Position numbers and translations under genes: made by a program. A stretch of 10,134 nucleotides of DNA from Armatimonadia bacterium (GTDB lineage: Bacteria; Armatimonadota; Zipacnadia; Zipacnadales; UBA11051): positions 1 to 10,134 of the forward strand of contig JBDKRC010000213.1 in the NCBI GenBank assembly GCA_039683575.1, read 5' to 3'. Shown here one piece after another: positions 5,995 through 10,134 of the stretch (positions within the stretch are counted from its first letter, which is position 1; each line of letters starts with the position of its first letter). Under the pieces are notes generated by a model, which was not told the origin of the DNA, searched no databases, and worked only from the letters and a program-made list of their open reading frames with translations.

Positions 5995-7626
5995 CTAACG
6001 CTCCGTCATCTTGCGGAACCTCTGGAAGGACTGCCACAGCTTCCAGTAGCCCCGTACGAGTGAGACGAGGCTCCTCTTTGAGACCCGGTGGCCGAGGTCG
6101 CGCAGTACCTCGCGCGCCGCGTTGCGGCCCGGCATGCCGGTGATGCCGCCGCCGGGGTGTGTGCCGCTGCCGGTCAGGTAGAGGTTCGTGATCGGCGTGC
6201 GGTACTGCGACAGCTCCGGCAGCGGCCGCAGGCCCCACGCCTGATGGATTTCCATGTCCACATGCCAGGCGCAGCCGTTGAGGTTGTCCGTGAGGCGCTG
6301 CCAGTCCAACGGGGTCGTGATCAGGCGGCCCTCGATGCTGTCGCGGACGTTCGGGGCGTACTTGCAGAAGGTCTCCACGACCTGGTCAGCGACATCCTCG
6401 CGTACCCCATCCCACGACTTCCCACCCGACAGGTTGAAGGGAGCGAATTGCGACAGCCACAGGGTGTGCTTGCCCTCGGGGGCTAGAGTTGGGTCAAGGG
6501 CCGTCGTGCAGGCACACCAGAGGCCCGGCTCGCGGGAGGGCCGTCCAGCCTGGATGTCCAGCCATCCGTCATACACGTACTGAAGGGACGGCGCGATGAT
6601 CGGGGAGGCGATGGTCTGCTCGGGCCGCGCCCCGTGCCCGCTGAAGACGGGCCGCTCCGAGAGGGCGAGGTCCACCTTGAACAGCGAGGCGCTCTCGACG
6701 GAGATCTGCTTGACGCGTCCGATGACCCCCGGTGGCACATCGCTTTCGTCCAGCAGGTTCAGGAAGACGCGCTTGGCGTCTATGGCGCTTACCAGACACT
6801 TGCCAACCTCGTGCGTTTCGCCATCGGCCGTGGTGACGGCGCTCACTTTTCCGCCCTTTACATGAATCTTGCTCACGTGGCTGTTTAGGCGTATCTCGCC
6901 CCCAGCTTCGGTGATGACCCGCGCCATCGCCTCGGAGACCGCCCCAGAGCCCCCTTTGGGGCGAGCGCTGCCGGACAGGTGGCTGCCGGACTGCAGGCTC
7001 ATGGCCAGCGTCGAACCGGGCTTGGTCGGCGGCGTTCCGGTCTGGACCGACCACCAGGCCATCGCGCCCTTGAGGCGCGGGTCGTCGAAGAAACGGTCGA
7101 TGAAGACAGTTGGCGGGGTGAGCAGTGCCCGCCAGAGTTCCTGCATCTCGGCCGTCTCGGTCGAACTCATCATGTCGGCCAGCGACGGCGGCGGGACTGT
7201 GTCAAACGGCTCCAGCATCGCCAGCGCTTGCTCCCAATAGGCGTGCCAGCGCCGGTAGTTCTCCACCTCGCCGGGCGCAAAGGTGGCCAGTTCCTCGCAG
7301 GTCTTGTCCACATCCCGCCAGACCAGCCAGCTTGAGCCGTCGGGGTAGGGGAAGAACCACAATGGCTCGTGCCAGAGGTATTCCAGACCGTGCTTCTCCA
7401 GTTCCAACTCCCGCGGTACGGGCCCGGAGCACATGTGCTGGTGGTCCACCCCGCCGCGGTTGAGGCGGAAGCCGGGCAGGCCGGGGAAGTCTTCGGTGGG
7501 GCAGCAGCCGCCAAGCACCTCCCGGCGCTCCAGTACCAGGACCTTCAGGCCCGCTTTCGCGAGATAGGCCCCGCACGCCAGACCATTGTGCCCGCCGCCG
7601 ATGACAATGACGTCATTCATGGCCAT
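5995..7626 (-). CDS. FAD-dependent oxidoreductase of the phytoene dehydrogenase superfamily, CrtO (beta-carotene ketolase)-like
   Basis: Rossmann motif DVIVIGGGHNGLACGAYLAKAG. CrtO-type segments FRLNRGGVDH...GPVPRELELEKHGLEYL, HLSGSARPKGGSGA, IDAKRVFLNL, LDPTLAPEGKHTLW and HVDM...LRPLPELSQYRTPITNLYLTGSGTHPGGGITGMPGRNAA. Start ATG 7626 or 7620 after GAGGGT. Confidence 0.88.
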   Translation of the reverse strand: MAMNDVIVIGGGHNGLACGAYLAKAGLKVLVLERREVLGGCCPTEDFPGLPGFRLNRGGVDHQHMCSGPVPRELELEKHGLEYLWHEPLWFFPYPDGSSWLVWRDVDKTCEELATFAPGEVENYRRWHAYWEQALAMLEPFDTVPPPSLADMMSSTETAEMQELWRALLTPPTVFIDRFFDDPRLKGAMAWWSVQTGTPPTKPGSTLAMSLQSGSHLSGSARPKGGSGAVSEAMARVITEAGGEIRLNSHVSKIHVKGGKVSAVTTADGETHEVGKCLVSAIDAKRVFLNLLDESDVPPGVIGRVKQISVESASLFKVDLALSERPVFSGHGARPEQTIASPIIAPSLQYVYDGWLDIQAGRPSREPGLWCACTTALDPTLAPEGKHTLWLSQFAPFNLSGGKSWDGVREDVADQVVETFCKYAPNVRDSIEGRLITTPLDWQRLTDNLNGCAWHVDMEIHQAWGLRPLPELSQYRTPITNLYLTGSGTHPGGGITGMPGRNAAREVLRDLGHRVSKRSLVSLVRGYWKLWQSFQRFRKMTER

Positions 7627-7704
7627 GCTCACCCTCGCTGACTGTATGTCGCGCGTGTTGCTCAAGCCTCTCCACCGCTTTGCCGATAGACCTCTCACAC
7701 GCTC

Positions 7705-7908
7705 ATGATCTCCCTCTTCACTATCCTAACCTGCCTTCTCCTCACGGCCGCGCTGATCCTGCATCGGCGACGCCACCCGGCCCTGGACCCACTCCCGCCG
7801 CAGCCGACGTCATACCCGCGACTCATTCTCCTGCGTGAAAACGAAAAGCCCCTGCCCACGCAAGTGGACAGGGACTCTGATGATGTCTTTCTGAGGCTGG
7901 TTGCCTAA
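7705..7908 (+). CDS. Possible small membrane-anchored hypothetical protein (67 aa)
   Basis: N-terminal hydrophobic helix MISLFTILTCLLLTAALIL followed by a basic HRRRH stop-transfer and a Pro-rich tail. It fills the gap divergent from the CrtO-like gene. No SD sequence seen. Confidence 0.45.
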   Translation: MISLFTILTCLLLTAALILHRRRHPALDPLPPQPTSYPRLILLRENEKPLPTQVDRDSDDVFLRLVA

Positions 7909-7921
7909 CGTCACTTACCCT

Positions 7922-8000
7922 CGTCATCCTGAGGGGCGTCGTGTGCGACGAAGGATCTCGGCTCGCGACACGGGGATTCTTCGCTTCGCTCAGAATGACA
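7922..8000. repeat. CGTC-tagged palindromic repeat (GTCATCCTGAG...CTCAGAATGAC type)
   Basis: Terminal inverted arms GTCATCCTGAG (7923-7933) and CTCAGAATGAC (7989-7999). Inner arms CGAAGGATCTC and GGGATTCTTCG. The left arm carries an extra CGTCG-TGTG-CGACG hairpin. Confidence 0.8.
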
Positions 8001-8006
8001 GATGGA

Positions 8007-8024
8007 GAAGGCTCTTTAGCCTTC
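8007..8024 (-). terminator. Possible weak terminator hairpin after argD
   Basis: GAAGGCT-N4-AGCCTTC, a 7-bp stem 12 nt after the argD stop. The U-tract is poor. Confidence 0.3.
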
Positions 8025-8036
8025 ACTGACCTGGCG

Positions 8037-9230
8037 TCAGGCGTTCAGCATTGCCTCACGCATGATCGCGAGCGCCTCCTGGACCTCCGCTTCGCTCAGG
8101 ATCAGCGGCGGCGCCAGTCGCAGCAACTGGTCGCCTAGCTTGTTCACGATGAGTCCGCGCTCCCGGCAGCCTGCCTCGACCTCGGTCCCCTTCGGCTCGC
8201 TCAGTTCCAGGCCCAACAGCAGGCCGCGCCCGCGCACTCCCGCCACCAGCGGCACTTCGCTCTTCATCGCCAGCAGCCCGTCCTTGACCATCTGGCCCAT
8301 GCGCTTGGCGTTGCCGGGCAGGTCGTCGTCCAGAATGACCGAGATCGCTGCCAGACCAGCCGCACAGGCGAGGTGGTTGCCGCCGAAGGTCGAGGCATGG
8401 TTCCCCGGCTCGAAGGCTGCAGCGACGCTCTCCTTCGCGAGGCAGGCGCCGATGGGGAAGCCGCCGCCGAGGGCCTTGGCGAGAGTGAAGATATCTGGCT
8501 CGATGCCGAACTGTTCGTAGCCCATGAAGGTGCCGGTGCGCCCGAGGCCGGTCTGCACCTCGTCGCAGATCAGCAGGATGCCCTTGTCGTCGCAAAGCTT
8601 GCGGACGCCCTGCAGGTAGCTTTCGCCCGGCACGATGATGCCGCCCTCGGCGATGATGGGCTCGAGCATGACCGCGCAGACGGTGTCATCAACGCGGGCG
8701 GTGAGGGCCTCGAGGTCGTTGTACGGAACATAGTCGAAGCCGCCGGGGAGCGGCGCGAAGGGCTTGTAGTACTTCGGCTGACCGGTTGCGGTGACGGTGG
8801 CGAGTGTGCGGCCGTGGAAGGAGTTCAGCGCGGTGATGATCGTGCGCTGACCGTCGGCGAGATGCAGCCCCGCCCACTTGCGGGCGAGCTTGATGGCTGC
8901 CTCATTGGCCTCGGCGCCGGAATTGCAGAAGAACACGCGGTCGGCGCAGGTGTTGTCGCAAAGCAGCTTGGCGAGCTTGGCCTGTGGCTCGATCTGAAAC
9001 AGGTTCGAGGTGTGCATAATCTGCCCCGCCTGCTCGCAGATGGCCTGCACGACCTTGGGGTGGCAATGCCCGGTGCCGAGAACGGAGATGCCAGCCAGGA
9101 AGTCCAGGTATTCCTTCCCATCGGCATCCCACAGCCGGCAGCCCTGGCCTTTGACGAAGGCAATGGGCAACCGCCCGTAGGTCTTCATGATGTGCTGGTC
9201 GGTAAGTGCGGTGATCTCTGCGTTAGTCAT
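8037..9230 (-). CDS. argD: Acetylornithine aminotransferase (class III PLP enzyme)
   Basis: Motifs YLDFLAGISVLGTGHCHP, FFCNSGAEANEAAIKLAR, SFHGRT, DEVQTG, DIFTLAKALGGG (PLP Lys) and HASTFGGN. It lies downstream of argB. Start ATG 9230 is 6 nt after GGAG; ATG 9242 is an alternative. Confidence 0.95.
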   Translation of the reverse strand: MTNAEITALTDQHIMKTYGRLPIAFVKGQGCRLWDADGKEYLDFLAGISVLGTGHCHPKVVQAICEQAGQIMHTSNLFQIEPQAKLAKLLCDNTCADRVFFCNSGAEANEAAIKLARKWAGLHLADGQRTIITALNSFHGRTLATVTATGQPKYYKPFAPLPGGFDYVPYNDLEALTARVDDTVCAVMLEPIIAEGGIIVPGESYLQGVRKLCDDKGILLICDEVQTGLGRTGTFMGYEQFGIEPDIFTLAKALGGGFPIGACLAKESVAAAFEPGNHASTFGGNHLACAAGLAAISVILDDDLPGNAKRMGQMVKDGLLAMKSEVPLVAGVRGRGLLLGLELSEPKGTEVEAGCRERGLIVNKLGDQLLRLAPPLILSEAEVQEALAIMREAMLNA

Positions 9231-9245
9231 TGGAAACTCCATGTG

Positions 9246-9276
9246 GGGAATCGGGAATTGGGAATAGGGAATCGGG
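9246..9276 (+). repeat. Tandem heptamer array (GGGAATN)x4 + GGG, left arm of the cassette inverted repeat
   Basis: GGGAATC GGGAATT GGGAATA GGGAATC GGG read directly from the sequence. Confidence 0.93.
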
Positions 9277-9286
9277 TTCGGACCTG

Positions 9287-9673
9287 TTACTCCAGCTTGC
9301 GGCTTAGCGATCGGATCAGGGCTTGTAGCATTTGACGGCAGCGGTGAAGGAGTGGGAGGAGGGTTTCTGGATCTACCTCATAGCCAAGCCGCTGGGAAAG
9401 TAGTACCTGAGTTTCGAGTTCGGCTGCAGCGCCGCGGGAGATTTGGAGGAAGCGGATGTAGTCCTTTGTGGTTCCGCGGCCATTTCCCTCCGCGATGTTT
9501 GATGGCACCGACACGGCGGTCCGTCACATCTGGCTAGTGAGGCCAAAACGCTCTTCTCTCGGAAACCCGGCTGTGGTGCTGTAGACAGACTGACAAATAT
9601 CCATGGCCAGATTCCAGACCCCCAGATCCCTGAAATCGTGCACAACCACGGCGTTCTCTTCCGAAGTCTCCAT
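9287..9673 (-). pseudogene. Four helix bundle protein (23S rRNA intervening-sequence protein / Avd-like family) with an internal in-frame TGA
   Basis: ORF-track pieces 9524..9754 and 9287..9514 are in the same frame. Joined, they read METSEE...HDFRDLGVWNLAMDICQSVYSTTAGFPREERFGLTSQM*RTAVSVPSNIAEGNGRGTTKDYIRFLQISRGAAAELETQVLLSQRLGY...LIRSLSRKLE. ATG 9673 follows GGGAGA. TGA 9526-9524 replaces the first R of the family QMRR motif. Confidence 0.9.
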
Positions 9674-9728
9674 GTCTCTCCCCCCCGTTGTTTCTTGTCC
9701 TTCTAACTCGCGAGCATCAACCACCAAA

Positions 9729-9765
9729 CCCCATCCCGATTCCCGATTCCCCATTCCCGATTTTC
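9729..9765 (-). repeat. Tandem heptamer array (GGGAATN on the minus strand), right arm of the cassette inverted repeat
   Basis: The plus strand reads CCCCAT CCCGATT CCCGATT CCCCATT CCCGATT TTC. Confidence 0.93.
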
Positions 9766-9769
9766 GCCG

Positions 9770-10134
9770 TCATCCCCGAATCATCGTTCCAATCCCGGCG
9801 TCGGTAAACAACTCAATCAGCATCGAGTGCGGCAGCCTTCCGTCGATCATGTGGGCGCGCGGCACTCCACCTTCGATGGCCTTCAGGCACGCCTGCAACT
9901 TGGGGATCATGCCCTTGCTGACCTTGCCGTCTTCCACCAGCTTCTCCGCCTGCTCGGGCGTTAGCTCACTGATCAGCGAGTTCTCATCTTCAACATTATC
10001 GAGCAGACCGGGGATATCGCTAAGGACGATCAGCTTTTCCGCGCCGAGGGCCGCGGCTACGGCTCCCGCGGCGGTGTCTGCGTTGATGTTATAGCTCTGG
10101 CCCTCTTCGCCGATGCCGATGGTGGAGATGACTA
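9770..10134 (-). CDS. argB: Acetylglutamate kinase, 3' portion (start lies beyond the window; missing from the ORF track)
   Basis: Manual translation from 10132 gives VISTIGIGEEGQSYNINADTAAGAVAAALGAEKLIVLSDIPGLL...KGMIPKLQACLKAIEGGVPRAHMIDGRLPHSMLIELFTDAGIGTMIRG*, with TGA at 9772-9770. Confidence 0.96.
   Translation of the reverse strand, partial: VISTIGIGEEGQSYNINADTAAGAVAAALGAEKLIVLSDIPGLLDNVEDENSLISELTPEQAEKLVEDGKVSKGMIPKLQACLKAIEGGVPRAHMIDGRLPHSMLIELFTDAGIGTMIRG

Larger units (their letters stand above)
9246..9765 (-). mobile_element. Putative intervening-sequence-like cassette: four-helix-bundle gene flanked by inverted heptamer arrays, inserted between argB and argD
   Basis: It interrupts the argB-argD gene pair and has a 26/28-bp terminal inverted repeat. 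Three hand-counted cassette lines are 50-57% GC (another about 65%) versus about 70% in one argD line. No transposase or target-site duplication is visible, so mobility is inferred. Confidence 0.5.

Noticed and set aside
7823-8026. 67-aa minus-strand ORF (SVILSEAKNP...RDPSS...LRMT)
   Set aside because: It is simply the translation of the CGTC palindromic repeat.
9246-9276. CRISPR array
   Set aside because: The units are contiguous 7-mers with no spacers, and there are no cas genes.
8373-9335. 320-aa plus-strand ORF
   Set aside because: Antisense shadow of argD.
9524-9526. Selenocysteine or alternative genetic code at the internal TGA
   Set aside because: The aligned residue is Arg, not Cys, Trp or Gly. 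No convincing SECIS follows, and TGA is a normal stop for argB, argD and both membrane genes.
9246-9765. Diversity-generating retroelement suggested by the Avd-like gene
   Set aside because: There is no reverse transcriptase and no TR/VR repeat pair with adenine-specific mismatches in the window; the neighbours are argB and argD.
9237-9772. Classical IS element with target-site duplication
   Set aside because: No transposase is present, and the flanks (CATGTG versus GCCGTCA) show no direct repeat.
9603-10094. 163-aa plus-strand ORF
   Set aside because: Antisense to argB and running through the heptamer array; the real gene is argB on the minus strand.

Overview
GC-rich bacterial chromosomal window, mostly housekeeping and accessory genes. 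In order: the 3' part of an unknown Pro-linker protein (+); a compact secretin-like protein, a creatininase-family amidohydrolase and mnmA (all -); a small or decayed ORF (+); a bidirectional terminator; a DUF1059-like small protein (-); two tandem paralogous 4-TM membrane proteins (+); a CrtO-like FAD oxidoreductase (-); a possible small membrane peptide (+); then argD and the 3' part of argB (-). The most striking feature is a ~520-bp cassette between argB and argD. It holds a four-helix-bundle gene (23S rRNA intervening-sequence protein / Avd-like) with one in-frame TGA at a conserved Arg, bracketed by two GGGAATN heptamer arrays in inverted orientation (26/28-bp inverted repeat). In the arg mRNA this stem would loop out the whole gene and bring the argB stop next to the argD RBS. 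Several intergenic palindromes of GTAG and CGTC REP type sit at gene 3' ends. All family calls come from recognised motifs, not database searches.
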